Positions 10,302-20,986 of a stretch of 45,122 nt of DNA are shown piece by piece (position 1 is the stretch's first letter; every line of letters starts with the position of its first letter). The notes beneath the pieces were generated by a model. It was given only the letters and a program-made list of their open reading frames with translations, was not told the origin of the DNA and did not search any database. Origin of the DNA: an uncultured Gammaproteobacteria bacterium (GTDB lineage Bacteria; Patescibacteriota; Patescibacteriia; 2-01-FULL-39-33); contig CAYGKC010000001.1 of NCBI GenBank assembly GCA_964350585.1, forward strand, positions 4,862 through 49,983, read 5' to 3'. Both the position numbers and the translations under genes were made by a program.

Positions 10302-11193
10302 TTTTACGAAATATTATCTTTGATATTATTACAGACAAAAGTATTAAAATTAAAAAAATCAACAAAATTGCCTGCCAAGGGATAATCCAAAAATATACTT
10401 CTTCTGAATCTTTGTCTCTAATTGGATCACCGTATTCTAAGTGGAGTTTAGCTTTGAATCTTCCCCAATTGCGGGGATTGAATCCTTCAAAAATATTTTT
10501 ACCGGTACCTTGCTTCCATAAAATTTCATAACTCCTGGTGCTTTTAGGCAATATCAAATTCATGTTTTCATTAAATTTGGTTACTTCAACAGGATTTCCA
10601 AAAGAATTAAAAATTTGTATTTCACCTTTTGGATTTAAATGAATATTTCCGGTATTTTCTATTTGAGAATAAAAATTTATCTGAGAAGAAAAAATACTTT
10701 TCTTTTCTAATATATTAAACTCTATGATTTCTAAATTTTGATCTTTTATATCACCCACTTGTAAAAAGATAACCGTTCCCAATCTTACTGAAAGTGATAA
10801 CTGAGATTCGACAGTCTTAGAAGTATTCTGCCATATAAGACTTGTATAATATCCTCCGATATCGGCCGTTTCAGGTACTGTAAGGCGCAAAGGGATTTTT
10901 TTTGTTTCTCCTGGCTTTAGTGTTACTTTTAACGGCACATCAACCCATTTTAAAGCCTGATTTTGGAAATCATCTTCTGCTGTTTCTTTTCCTTTAGGAA
11001 TATATCTTTCCACAATAGCGCTTAATTCAATCTCTTCCTTTTCATCATTATATAGTGCCAAAAAATATTGCCTGCTTTCTCCAGGATTTAATTTAACTTC
11101 CATAACTGAAGGGAAAAGCGTTATGGCGTTTGCTTTCGACGCAATCACGACAAAAGCAAAAGATAAAATAAAAATAAATAATATTTTTTTCAT
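10288..11193 (-). CDS. DUF916/WxL-interacting-like exported protein with C-terminal TM anchor
   Basis: Signal peptide; LKPGETKKIPLRLTVP..A..GGYY; ENTGNIHL.P.G; ILPKSTR; C-terminal FWIIPW plus TM and basic tail. Confidence 0.65.
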   Translation of the reverse strand: MKKILFIFILSFAFVVIASKANAITLFPSVMEVKLNPGESRQYFLALYNDEKEEIELSAIVERYIPKGKETAEDDFQNQALKWVDVPLKVTLKPGETKKIPLRLTVPETADIGGYYTSLIWQNTSKTVESQLSLSVRLGTVIFLQVGDIKDQNLEIIEFNILEKKSIFSSQINFYSQIENTGNIHLNPKGEIQIFNSFGNPVEVTKFNENMNLILPKSTRSYEILWKQGTGKNIFEGFNPRNWGRFKAKLHLEYGDPIRDKDSEEVYFWIIPWQAILLIFLILILLSVIISKIIFRKNAKE

Positions 11194-11201
11194 AAATAAA
11201 A

Positions 11202-11894
11202 TTAGAACCCTCCAAGTGCTGTAAATGTGAGAGCTGCTGTATAATTACCGACAGCTTGTGAACTTTCTATATTAGCAATAAAGTTTAAAGCAAAAACTGA
11301 ACTAGTTGACATAGCGGAGCTTACGGAAATTATTTCATCACCGCTTAAAAAAGCATATTTTGAACTGTCATTATACGGCGCATTTGATACTGCACCGGCA
11401 TCACCACTAGCATGAATAACATTATAACCAAATTGTCCTGAGCCGGGGGCTGATGAAGCTGCGACTGCTCCTATGGCGGATATTGAAGCCGATCCGTTAG
11501 ATAAGGTACTACCTGTAAAAGAAACAGTTGATCCTCCCGAATTGGAAAAAAATGTCAAATAAGAAGAACCAGAACCCGCGTTTGCACTGCTTAAAGTTCC
11601 AAGGTTTATACTTGATGGACTTATCGCTATACTAATTACTCCTCGTTGCAACTCTTGGAAACCCTGCCTAGAAACGTAATTTGTACTTGTTGAAATACCA
11701 GTTATTATATCGCCTAAAGTATCCATTAAACTGTAACTATCCGAAGTACTGGGACTAAGCCCTCCAACAGAAATGTCATCGGCCCATATTTCATAGCCTC
11801 CTGTTGATGTCATAGCTGCAAAAATGTTATCAACGTAGAAAATTACCATCATTAGCACCAATAACAATGGTAAAAAGTAAAATAATCTTTTCAT
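11202..11894 (-). CDS. Exported WxL-like/pilin-like beta-sandwich protein (230 aa)
   Basis: Signal peptide, Ser/Gly-rich, C-terminal GNYTAALTFTA strand. Confidence 0.55.
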   Translation of the reverse strand: MKRLFYFLPLLLVLMMVIFYVDNIFAAMTSTGGYEIWADDISVGGLSPSTSDSYSLMDTLGDIITGISTSTNYVSRQGFQELQRGVISIAISPSSINLGTLSSANAGSGSSYLTFFSNSGGSTVSFTGSTLSNGSASISAIGAVAASSAPGSGQFGYNVIHASGDAGAVSNAPYNDSSKYAFLSGDEIISVSSAMSTSSVFALNFIANIESSQAVGNYTAALTFTALGGF

Positions 11895-11971
11895 TTAAAT
11901 TATTCATTATTACTGATATTATTATACATTATTAACATTTTTAATTCAAAACAAAAGAATAATTTAATAAT

Positions 11972-11995
11972 AAAACAACTCCCTTTTGGGAGTTG
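11972..11995 (-). terminator. Intrinsic terminator after rpoC
   Basis: caactccc-tttt-gggagttg 8-bp stem with T-tract on the minus strand. Confidence 0.75.
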
Positions 11996-12011
11996 CTTTA
12001 TTTTAACTATG

Positions 12012-15000
12012 CTATTTCTTAAATCCGGTACCTGCAGGTATCAAACGACCGATTATAATATTTTCTTTTAATCCGGAAAGATCATCAGTTTTGCCACTTA
12101 TGGCTGCGTTGATAAGAACTTTAGCAGTTTCTTGGAAAGAAGCGGCTGCCAGCCATGATCTGGTAGAAAGAGAAACTTTTGTAATTCCCAAAAGCAATCT
12201 TTCGAATTCTATTGCCTTCTTTCCTTCCTTGGCTAATTCTTGATTAGCATTCATTACATCCATGTATTCTACCGTCTCTCCAGGCATCATATCACCATCT
12301 CCGGCATCAGTTATATAGACTTTTGAGAACATCTGCCTGATAATAACTTCACAATGCTTATCATTAAGCTTCTGGCCTTGAGATGAATAGATATGTTGGA
12401 TTTCACGCATTATATACTTCTTTGTATAATCTTCGCCTTTAAGCTTGTATAACTGATGAAGATCCAAACTTCCTTCAGTAATTTGATCTCCGGGTTCTAT
12501 ATCTATTCCATCCTTAACTAAAATTGCTCTATTTGATGGAACAATATATTCTTTAACAGCTAATTCATCAGCCATAATCATAATTGAGGACTTTTCTACT
12601 TTAATTTTGCCTTCAACTGGACTGAGGACTTTTTCCAAAGTTTCCAAATCTTCAAATAAAGTCTGTCCGGCAACAACTTCATCGCCTGTTTTAACACTTA
12701 CTTTAATTTTTTTGGAACTATTTGTAAAAGGTATTTTCTTTTCTACCCTATCCATATAGGAAACTTGAATAATTCTATCTTTTGAAGAAGTTTTAATCTG
12801 ACTCTTGCCATCTGGAGAAATAATTTCTCTTTGACCTTCTTTAATTTTTACCTTTCCAGCAACATCTGACATTATAGCCTTTGCCTTTGGAGATCTTCCT
12901 TCAAACAACTCTTCAACTCTAGGCAAACCTTGAGTGATATCACCTTCGGAAGCCACACCACCAGTATGAAAAGTTCTCATAGTTAACTGAGTACCAGGTT
13001 CACCGACACTTTGCGCTGCAATAATACCGACAGCCACACCGATTTTTACTATCTTATTGTAAGATAAATCGTAACCGTAACACTTTTGGCATCCGCCTCT
13101 TAAGTTCTTACAAGTAAGTATTGATCTCAAACTTACTTCATCCAAATTTGCGGAACCAAGATTGCTTGCAACCTCTTCCGTAATTAACTCGCCCTCTTTA
13201 ACAAGCACTTTATCTGTTTTAGCATCCTTTAAATCTTTAGCAAGATATCTGCCGACAATTCTATTAATTATATTTTCACCCATAGCTTCGCTTTCTTCCT
13301 TGCTGATTGTAATTCCTTCAGTATCGCCGCAATCCTCGCAGTTTATAACCATATCTTGAGCAACATCAACCAATCTTCTTGTTAAATAACCAGCTGAAGA
13401 AGTTCTAAGAGCAGTATCAGTCAAACCTTTTCTGGCTCCATGAGTTGAAATAAAGAATTCAAGAACTTCAAAGCCGTTTTTAAAGTTTCCTTTAACAGGA
13501 AGTTCAATAACATCATAAGAAGGACTAACCACGGGACCCTTCATTCCGATCATTTGACTTAATTGTCCCCACGAACCTCTTGCTTGTGAATCGATCATAG
13601 CCAGAATTGGATTTCCTTCTTCGAGTGATCCCTTTACTTTATTTAAAATTTGATTGTTAATTCCAAGCCAAAGCTCTACTATTTTTTCATGTCTTTCGTC
13701 ATCCGTTAACAAACCCATCTGATATTGTTGTTCTATCAAATCCAATTGTCCGTTTCCCTGTTTAATCAATTCTTCTCTTCCTTCTACACTCTTTAGATCA
13801 CTCATACCGAAAGACTGTGCAGAGTAAGTCAAGTATTTAAATCCAAGCCTTTTAATTTTATCTAAGGTTTCAACGGTAACTTCCGGACCGAATTTATATA
13901 GGATTTCCTGAAGAATTTTACCAAGTAATTTTTTACCAACCCTTTCATTAACAAATTCATACTCCTCCGGTAAAGCTTCATTAAATAAAATTCTACCCAA
14001 ACATGTTTCAATTATTTTTTCTTTGCTTTTTATATTTTTACCATATCTCACCTTAATCCGATCTTGAAGAGTTATAACTCCGGATTGCTGAGCCAAAGAA
14101 GCTTCATCCACTGAAGAGAATATTTTCAACTTATTCTTTTCATGCATTGTTGTTAAGTAATAACATCCCCAGATAATATCCTGCTGAGACGTAACTACCG
14201 GTTGTCCATGAGCAGGCTTTAGAAGATTTTTTGAAGAAAGCATCAAGTTCTTTGTTTCTTCTCTTGCTTTTTCCGACAATGGAATATGCACGGCCATTTG
14301 ATCTCCGTCAAAGTCCGCATTAAAAGCGGCGCAAACCAAAGGATGTATTTGGATGGCTCTTCCCTCAATAAGTATCGGTCTAAAAGCCTGTATACCCAAA
14401 CGATGAAGCGTAGGAGCACGGTTTAATAAAACAAATGAACCAGTTACGCATTCTTCCAAAATATCCCAGACTTCTTCATGTGCCGCTTCAATGTATCTGT
14501 TAGCGCTTCTAATATTGTGAACTATGCCTCTTTGGATTAATTTCGAAATTATAAAAGGCTTAAATAATTCAAGAGCCATTATCTTAGGCAAACCGCACTG
14601 GTCTAAATTAAGGTTTGGACCGACAACAATAACGCTTCTGCCTGAGTAGTCAATTCTTTTACCTAAAAGATTTTGTCTAAAACGTCCCTGTTTACCTTTT
14701 AAAATATCAGCAATACTCTTAAGCATTCTTTTTTGTCCGGTTGAAGCGACGACTGTTTTTCCGTGTCTTGCATTATTATCAATCAAAGAGTCGACTGCTT
14801 CTTGAAGCATTCTTTTTTCATTTCTGGTAATAACTTCAGGAGCGTTTAATTCCAAAAGCTGTTTCAAGCGATTGTTTCTGTTTATAACTCTTCTATATAA
14901 ATCGTTCAAATCAGAAGTCGCAAACCTTCCTCCATCAAGAGGAACCATAGGCCTTAAATCCGGAGGAATAACCGGTACAGTTGTAAGTATCATCCATTCC

Positions 15001-15887
15001 GGCCTTATGCCGTTTTTTATCAGCTGATTAAAGAATTTTAAGCGTCTTATAATCTTCTCTTTTTTGGCAGTTGTTGTTTCTACGGCTAATTTATCCAAAA
15101 CTTTTACTGTTTCTTCAAGATCTATCTTTGTAAGCAATTCTCTTACGGCCTCTGATCCTATGCCAGCTTCAAAAATATGTCCATACTTAGATGATAATTC
15201 ATGGAAACGATGCTCTGAAATAATGCTCAATGGCTTTATTTCTTTTAGTTCGTTTTCAGCTACTTGCATCGTTGCTTCCAATTCCTTATTCTTATCTTCT
15301 TTTTGTCTCACCAAAGAATCAATCGTCTTTTCCAATTCTTCACCTTTAAGATTTTCCTTTGCATGAGTTTCTTTTTTATCAAAATCCAATTCAATCTGTT
15401 TTCTGAATTGTTTATATTCTAATTTTATTTGATTAAGAGCTTCAGCTTTTAATTCTTCATTAACGCTAATAATTATAAAGTCAGCAAAATAAACCACCTT
15501 TTCAAGTGATTGCAAAGATATATCGAGAGCTAATCCGATTTTTGACGGAACTCCTCTTAAAAACCAAATGTGAGACACTGGAGTAGCAAGATCAATATGG
15601 CCCATTCTTTCTCTTCTGACAATAGAACGAGTAACTTCAACGCCGCACTTATCGCAAACTATTCCCTTATATCTGATTTTTTTGTATTTTCCACAATAAC
15701 ATTCCCAGTCTTTAATCGGACCAAAAATTCTTTCACAAAATAAACCGTCCTTCTCAGGTTTCTGAGTTCTATAGTTAATTGTTTCCGGCCTTGTAACTTC
15801 ACCGTGCGACCAATTATGAATATCGTCCGGAGAAGCGACTCTAAGCCTTATGGCGTTAAAATAACTGAATTCTTTTTCTATTATCAT
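12012..15887 (-). CDS. rpoC: DNA-directed RNA polymerase subunit beta'
   Basis: NADFDGD catalytic motif, CxC...CxxC Zn finger, GEPGTQLTMRTFH trigger loop. Confidence 0.99.
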   Translation of the reverse strand: MIIEKEFSYFNAIRLRVASPDDIHNWSHGEVTRPETINYRTQKPEKDGLFCERIFGPIKDWECYCGKYKKIRYKGIVCDKCGVEVTRSIVRRERMGHIDLATPVSHIWFLRGVPSKIGLALDISLQSLEKVVYFADFIIISVNEELKAEALNQIKLEYKQFRKQIELDFDKKETHAKENLKGEELEKTIDSLVRQKEDKNKELEATMQVAENELKEIKPLSIISEHRFHELSSKYGHIFEAGIGSEAVRELLTKIDLEETVKVLDKLAVETTTAKKEKIIRRLKFFNQLIKNGIRPEWMILTTVPVIPPDLRPMVPLDGGRFATSDLNDLYRRVINRNNRLKQLLELNAPEVITRNEKRMLQEAVDSLIDNNARHGKTVVASTGQKRMLKSIADILKGKQGRFRQNLLGKRIDYSGRSVIVVGPNLNLDQCGLPKIMALELFKPFIISKLIQRGIVHNIRSANRYIEAAHEEVWDILEECVTGSFVLLNRAPTLHRLGIQAFRPILIEGRAIQIHPLVCAAFNADFDGDQMAVHIPLSEKAREETKNLMLSSKNLLKPAHGQPVVTSQQDIIWGCYYLTTMHEKNKLKIFSSVDEASLAQQSGVITLQDRIKVRYGKNIKSKEKIIETCLGRILFNEALPEEYEFVNERVGKKLLGKILQEILYKFGPEVTVETLDKIKRLGFKYLTYSAQSFGMSDLKSVEGREELIKQGNGQLDLIEQQYQMGLLTDDERHEKIVELWLGINNQILNKVKGSLEEGNPILAMIDSQARGSWGQLSQMIGMKGPVVSPSYDVIELPVKGNFKNGFEVLEFFISTHGARKGLTDTALRTSSAGYLTRRLVDVAQDMVINCEDCGDTEGITISKEESEAMGENIINRIVGRYLAKDLKDAKTDKVLVKEGELITEEVASNLGSANLDEVSLRSILTCKNLRGGCQKCYGYDLSYNKIVKIGVAVGIIAAQSVGEPGTQLTMRTFHTGGVASEGDITQGLPRVEELFEGRSPKAKAIMSDVAGKVKIKEGQREIISPDGKSQIKTSSKDRIIQVSYMDRVEKKIPFTNSSKKIKVSVKTGDEVVAGQTLFEDLETLEKVLSPVEGKIKVEKSSIMIMADELAVKEYIVPSNRAILVKDGIDIEPGDQITEGSLDLHQLYKLKGEDYTKKYIMREIQHIYSSQGQKLNDKHCEVIIRQMFSKVYITDAGDGDMMPGETVEYMDVMNANQELAKEGKKAIEFERLLLGITKVSLSTRSWLAAASFQETAKVLINAAISGKTDDLSGLKENIIIGRLIPAGTGFKK

Positions 15888-15920
15888 AATAGTATAGTAA
15901 ATTTTGGCTTTATATTTGAC

Positions 15921-18900
15921 CTATTCTTCTTCTGGTTGGGAAATAGTTTTGGCATCTTCACCTTCTTTAACCACTTCACCATCTTCTAAAAGTTCAACAT
16001 TCAAAGACAAGCCTTTTAACTCTCTTATCAAAACATTGAAACTTTCTGGAATAAATAAATTCTTAATCGGCTCACCTTTAATAATGGATTCGTATGCTTT
16101 TGATCTTCCTAAAACGTCATCTGACTTAATAGTAAGTATTTCCTGCAAAGTGTTTGCCGCTCCATAAGCTTCTAACGCCCATACTTCCATTTCTCCGAAT
16201 CTTTGTCCGCCAAACTGAGCCTTTCCTCCTAATGGTTGTTGAGTAATCAATGAGTAAGGACCGATTGATCTGGCGTGTATTTTATCTTCAACTAAATGAT
16301 TAAGCTTGAGCATATAAATATATCCCACTGTACTCTTGTGATCAAATTTTTCTCCCGTTCTTCCATCAATAAGCTGTATGCCGCCATCTTTTTCGTAACC
16401 TGCTTTTTCCAATTCACTTCTTATATCTTCTTCTGATGCGCCGTCAAAAACAGGCGTAGCTATTTTATAACCAAGCGCTTTGGCTGCCAACCCCAAGTGA
16501 GTTTCTAAAATTTGTCCCAGATTCATACGAGAAACAACTCCCAAAGGACTTAAAATAATATCAACAGGTGTTCCATCGGTTAAGTGAGGCATATCCTCTA
16601 CTGAAACCACTCTGGAAATTACACCTTTATTACCATGTCTTCCAGCCATTTTATCGCCAACTTGTATTTTTCGCAGAGAAGCAACAGTCACCTGGATCAT
16701 TTTAATCATTCCGGCAGATAACTTATCGCCATTTTCTCTTGAAAATATTTTAATATCAATAACTTTTCCAGAAGAACCATGTTCTAAATAAAGTGAAGAA
16801 TCTCTCACGTCTCTGGCTTTTTCACCAAAAATAGCTCGAAGCAATTTTTCTTCAGCTGAAAGTTCTGTTTCGCCTTTTGGCGTAATTTTTCCGACCAAAA
16901 TATCTCCACTTCTGACATTGGCGCCAATTCTGATTATTCCCTCTTCATCCAAATCCTTTAATTTTTCTTCGCTGACATTTGGAATATCGGAAGTTACGAC
17001 TTCGGGACCAAGTTTTGTTTCGCGTACTTCACAAACGTAATTTTCAATATGGATAGATGAATATCTATCTTGCTGAACCAATCTTTCTGAAAGAATAATG
17101 GCATCTTCATAGTTATAACCTTGCCAAGGCATAAAAGCCACCAAAATATTTTGACCCAATGCTAATTCACCGTTTTCAGTAGATGGTCCATCAGCTAAAA
17201 CATCGCCTTTTTCAACTTCTTGTCCCTTAACAACAATTACTTTTTGGTTAATACAAGTTGATGCGTTAGATCTTGTAAATTTATTTAACTTATATGTATC
17301 TATTTTATTATTTTTGCTTAAAACTTCTATCTTATCCCCGCTTAGACCGATAACTTTTCCTTTTTCTTTTGCAATAATTACATGGCCTGAATCTCTAGCA
17401 GCCTTTTCTTCCATACCCGTTCCGACAAGCGGAGCTTGAGGACTGATAACAGAAACTGCTTGCCTTTGCATATTTGTTCCCATAAGAGCACGAACAGCGT
17501 CATCATGTTCCAAGAAAGGAATTAAAGATGTGGCAACAGAAATAATTTGATTAGGAGCAACATCCATATAATCAACATTTTCCACACTGGCGATAGTCGG
17601 ATTTAAACGGACTCTGGCCTGAACTTTTTCTTCAAGAAAATATCCGTTCTCATCAATTCTTGTTGTAAAAGGAGTCGTGGTTGAACGGCTTTCTTCAAAA
17701 GCATCCAAATAAACTATTTCTCCGCTTATTTTCATTTTTCCATTTTTATCCTTTTCCACCTTATAGTAAGGTGTTTCAATAAAACCGAAATCGTTAACTC
17801 GAGCATAAGTGGCTAAATGTCCAACCAATCCGATATTTGGTCCTTCAGGAGTTGCAATCGGGCAAATTCTTCCATAATGGGTCTGATGCACGTCACGAAC
17901 TTCAAAACCTGCCCTTTCTCTTGATAAACCGCCTGGTCCCATAGCTGATAATCTTCTTTTGTGTTCAAGCTCAGCTAAAGGATTTACCTGGTCCATAAAT
18001 TGAGAAAGCTGTGAAGACATAAAAAATTCCTTCACAACGGAAATAACCGGTCTTGCATTTATTAATTTACTTGGACTAAGTGAAGCAATATCCAAAGTAC
18101 TCATTCTGTCTTTGATGATTCTCTCCATTCTTGCAAGTCCAATTCTGAATTTATTCTGTACCAGTTCTCCAGCAGCCCTTATTCTTCTGTTTCCCAAATG
18201 ATCAATATCATCAGAAGGCTCCTGAGTGTTATTTAAATGAATAATTTCTTTTAAAATATTTACTATGTCTTCTTTTAGTAATACTCTGTTTTCTTTGCTG
18301 ATCGGCAATGACTGAGCAAATCTTTGGTTCATTTTATATCTTCCGACAGGACCGAAGTCGTATCTGGCAAAGTTAAAAAACATATTATCAATAAGTTGCT
18401 TGGCATTATCAGGAGTAGCTAAATCTCCCGGTCTTATTCTTTTATAAACTTCAATAAGACCTTCTGATTCACTAGTTGATGCATCTTTTTTAATTGTTGC
18501 TTCAATATGGCTTGTCTCAGGACTATTATCAGCATCTTTAAATAATTCTAAAATTTGTTCATCAGTAGAATAACCGAAAGCCCTAAGCAATGCTGTTGCT
18601 GCCACTTTTCTTTTGCGATCTATTTTAACCCAAATAACTTTATTGCCATCCGTTTCAAACTCTAGCCATGATCCCCTGTTTGGGATAATCTTGGCGCCAT
18701 AAAGCCTTCTATCTACGCCTTCAGAACTTGAGAAAAAAATACCCGCTGATCTTATCAGCTGGGAAACAATAACTCTTTCGATTCCATTAATAATAAAAGT
18801 TCCTCTTTCTGTCATAAGAGGAAAATCTCCTAAATAAATTTCCTGTTCAATACTTTGTTCGGACTTCTTGTTAAGCAATTTTACATTTACGCGCAAGGGA

Positions 18901-19163
18901 GCCTCATAACTGATATTCTTTTCCTTGCTGGCCACTTCGTCGAATTTCGGTTCATCAAGATAGTACTTATCAAAGTAAATTTCCAAATCCCTTCCAATAA
19001 AATCAGTTATTGGAGATACTTCATCAAACAATTCCCTTAATCCTATTTCCCAAAACCAATTATAGGATCTTTTTTGTAATTCAATTAAATCGGGAAGTTC
19101 AAGTGGCTTCCTTTTTGAATGGGAAAAATTAATCCTTGGTGTTGCTTTTTTTTGTAGAGACAT
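15921..19163 (-). CDS. rpoB: DNA-directed RNA polymerase subunit beta
   Basis: [10 protein letters not shown]...[25 protein letters not shown]. Start moved to the ATG at 19163, which has GGGGAG upstream. Confidence 0.99.
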   Translation of the reverse strand: MSLQKKATPRINFSHSKRKPLELPDLIELQKRSYNWFWEIGLRELFDEVSPITDFIGRDLEIYFDKYYLDEPKFDEVASKEKNISYEAPLRVNVKLLNKKSEQSIEQEIYLGDFPLMTERGTFIINGIERVIVSQLIRSAGIFFSSSEGVDRRLYGAKIIPNRGSWLEFETDGNKVIWVKIDRKRKVAATALLRAFGYSTDEQILELFKDADNSPETSHIEATIKKDASTSESEGLIEVYKRIRPGDLATPDNAKQLIDNMFFNFARYDFGPVGRYKMNQRFAQSLPISKENRVLLKEDIVNILKEIIHLNNTQEPSDDIDHLGNRRIRAAGELVQNKFRIGLARMERIIKDRMSTLDIASLSPSKLINARPVISVVKEFFMSSQLSQFMDQVNPLAELEHKRRLSAMGPGGLSRERAGFEVRDVHQTHYGRICPIATPEGPNIGLVGHLATYARVNDFGFIETPYYKVEKDKNGKMKISGEIVYLDAFEESRSTTTPFTTRIDENGYFLEEKVQARVRLNPTIASVENVDYMDVAPNQIISVATSLIPFLEHDDAVRALMGTNMQRQAVSVISPQAPLVGTGMEEKAARDSGHVIIAKEKGKVIGLSGDKIEVLSKNNKIDTYKLNKFTRSNASTCINQKVIVVKGQEVEKGDVLADGPSTENGELALGQNILVAFMPWQGYNYEDAIILSERLVQQDRYSSIHIENYVCEVRETKLGPEVVTSDIPNVSEEKLKDLDEEGIIRIGANVRSGDILVGKITPKGETELSAEEKLLRAIFGEKARDVRDSSLYLEHGSSGKVIDIKIFSRENGDKLSAGMIKMIQVTVASLRKIQVGDKMAGRHGNKGVISRVVSVEDMPHLTDGTPVDIILSPLGVVSRMNLGQILETHLGLAAKALGYKIATPVFDGASEEDIRSELEKAGYEKDGGIQLIDGRTGEKFDHKSTVGYIYMLKLNHLVEDKIHARSIGPYSLITQQPLGGKAQFGGQRFGEMEVWALEAYGAANTLQEILTIKSDDVLGRSKAYESIIKGEPIKNLFIPESFNVLIRELKGLSLNVELLEDGEVVKEGEDAKTISQPEEE

Positions 19164-19394
19164 AAAAAATCTCCCCATTTCTCCTCATTTAGGCATACTT
19201 GCGCTTAATGAGCAAAGAAATGAGTTCTAATTATTTATTAAAATTGCTTAAACTTGAGCACCAAAATATATTTTAAATTATAATTCTGCTTTATTCGAAT
19301 AGCAGAATTTAAATTCGATAGATTTATATTAACAGAATTGTAAAGTTAAGTCAATAGTTAAGTAATCATTATTATTGCTATTTTTCTTAATATT

Positions 19395-19441
19395 AAAATA
19401 TCCAATAAATTTTCTAAATTTAGATATTTATTGGATATTTT
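19395..19441. terminator. Long AT-rich hairpin after the radical SAM gene
   Basis: 16-bp perfect inverted repeat aaaatatccaataaat / atttattggatatttt. Confidence 0.55.
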
Positions 19442-19479
19442 ATAAATTTTATTCAAAACTTGTCAACAGAAATTCCACA

Positions 19480-20928
19480 CTACCCATTCGACTCTGGCTG
19501 TTGCGTTAGTTCCTCAATTTCTTTTGCCTTATTCTGTTCTTGATAAAGCTTATTACTGTCTTTCCAGTGTTTCCATTTTCCGGCATATTCTTTTTCCCAA
19601 ACCTCATCTGTCAAAGCATGCATTTCACTCGAATATTTATCTAAAGCTGAACAAATTTCCGAATTTTTAACAGTATCATAGCTGGCATTATAAGAAGGAA
19701 TAGCGCCATATTTTTCTACTGCATCCCTTAAAGCCTGCGGATTATCTATAAAAGCGCAAGGAGTCAGTAAATTCTTGTTGGCGCAATATGGTTGAGCGTC
19801 TTGAATTGCCTTAAAAAACGGCGAAGTAATAACGTCAAGTAGCTTCTTTCCTCGAATATTATCAACTGAGAACTGCATAAATACACATGGCTCGACATCT
19901 CCATTGCAGTTTATATGGAAATATCCTCCTGGCCTTGCTCCTGCCATACATCCGCCAACATACGCGCCATCATTCCAAAAATCGCCAATAAATATAGGCT
20001 TTGCATTCCTTATTTCGTTAACCCTTATTCTCAATTTATTTCTTTGTTCCGGTGTTGACATCAAATTTGTATCGGGATTCCTGCCAACTGGAGTATATTG
20101 AAAAAACCAGCCGATAGAACATCCTTTTTGAATCATCAAATCAATAAATTCATCTGACATCAAAACTTCAGAATTGCCTCTGGTAGGAGTAGCAGAAAAA
20201 CCAAACGGCACACCTTCTTCTTTTAAATTATCCATTGCATCCATAACCTTTTTATACACCCCAGGCCCTCTTCTTTTTTCAGTATCCTCTTCAAAACCCT
20301 CTACGGAAATAGCTGGTAAAGCGTTACCGACTTTCGCCAATTTCTTTGCCACTTCCTTGTTTATCAATGTGGCATTGGTATATATTTGGAAATAAATATC
20401 ATTATGTTCTTCAAGCATTCTAAACAAATGTGGCCACATAAAAGGTTCTCCGCCTGAAATTGTTATAAAATAAATACCCAACTCCTTTCCTTCTTTTAAA
20501 ATCCTGTCCACTTCTTCATAAGGCAATCCCTCATGCATCTTGTATTCACTTGCATAACAGCCGATACATTCCAAATTACATTTGGCGCTTGGACTGATAA
20601 CAAATAAAAAAGGCAACCCAAAACCAAGTTGCTTGGCTTTTTCTGCTTGCTTTGCCCTGCCAATAACACCTGCATTGATAAAAAAATTTTCAACTATCTT
20701 ATTCCTGCAATTTTTAGACAATTTTTTTAGAATCGTCTGAGCCAACTGGGCTGAAGGATGATTTTCCACTACCAATCTCTTTATTCCTTCTGCCATCGAT
20801 TTCGTGTCCTTATCCTTTATAAAATATTTTTCGGCAATATCTACCAATCTAACAATGTTTTTATTTGATAGATTACTGATGGTGTTTATTCCCATCTTAA
20901 ATGCCCACTTTTTAAAAGCATAGGCCAT
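19480..20928 (-). CDS. Radical SAM protein with SPASM/twitch-like C-terminus (MoaA/NifB/PqqE/SkfB-like)
   Basis: CNLECIGC (CxxxCxxC), SGGEP, GCMAG...NGDVEPC, later PC motifs. Confidence 0.9.
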   Translation of the reverse strand: MAYAFKKWAFKMGINTISNLSNKNIVRLVDIAEKYFIKDKDTKSMAEGIKRLVVENHPSAQLAQTILKKLSKNCRNKIVENFFINAGVIGRAKQAEKAKQLGFGLPFLFVISPSAKCNLECIGCYASEYKMHEGLPYEEVDRILKEGKELGIYFITISGGEPFMWPHLFRMLEEHNDIYFQIYTNATLINKEVAKKLAKVGNALPAISVEGFEEDTEKRRGPGVYKKVMDAMDNLKEEGVPFGFSATPTRGNSEVLMSDEFIDLMIQKGCSIGWFFQYTPVGRNPDTNLMSTPEQRNKLRIRVNEIRNAKPIFIGDFWNDGAYVGGCMAGARPGGYFHINCNGDVEPCVFMQFSVDNIRGKKLLDVITSPFFKAIQDAQPYCANKNLLTPCAFIDNPQALRDAVEKYGAIPSYNASYDTVKNSEICSALDKYSSEMHALTDEVWEKEYAGKWKHWKDSNKLYQEQNKAKEIEELTQQPESNG

Positions 20929-20986
20929 ACTAATTATTTTATTAATAATTAATTAATAATATAACTAATTTAAATAAATTGCAAAA

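Noticed and set aside
17930..18030. Acquired rifampicin-resistance mutation in rpoB
   Set aside because: The key Q, D, H, R and S residues of cluster I are intact; the differences look like lineage variation and phenotype cannot be inferred.
15921..19178. Longer upstream starts in the track for rpoB (and for the receiver, HExxH and kinase genes at 32054, 39454, 42500)
   Set aside because: The extensions run through SD, promoter, hairpin or upstream coding sequence; downstream ATGs fit better.
19480..20928. RiPP cluster around the radical SAM/SPASM enzyme
   Set aside because: No adjacent precursor ORF, transporter or peptidase; neighbours are murE and rpoB.
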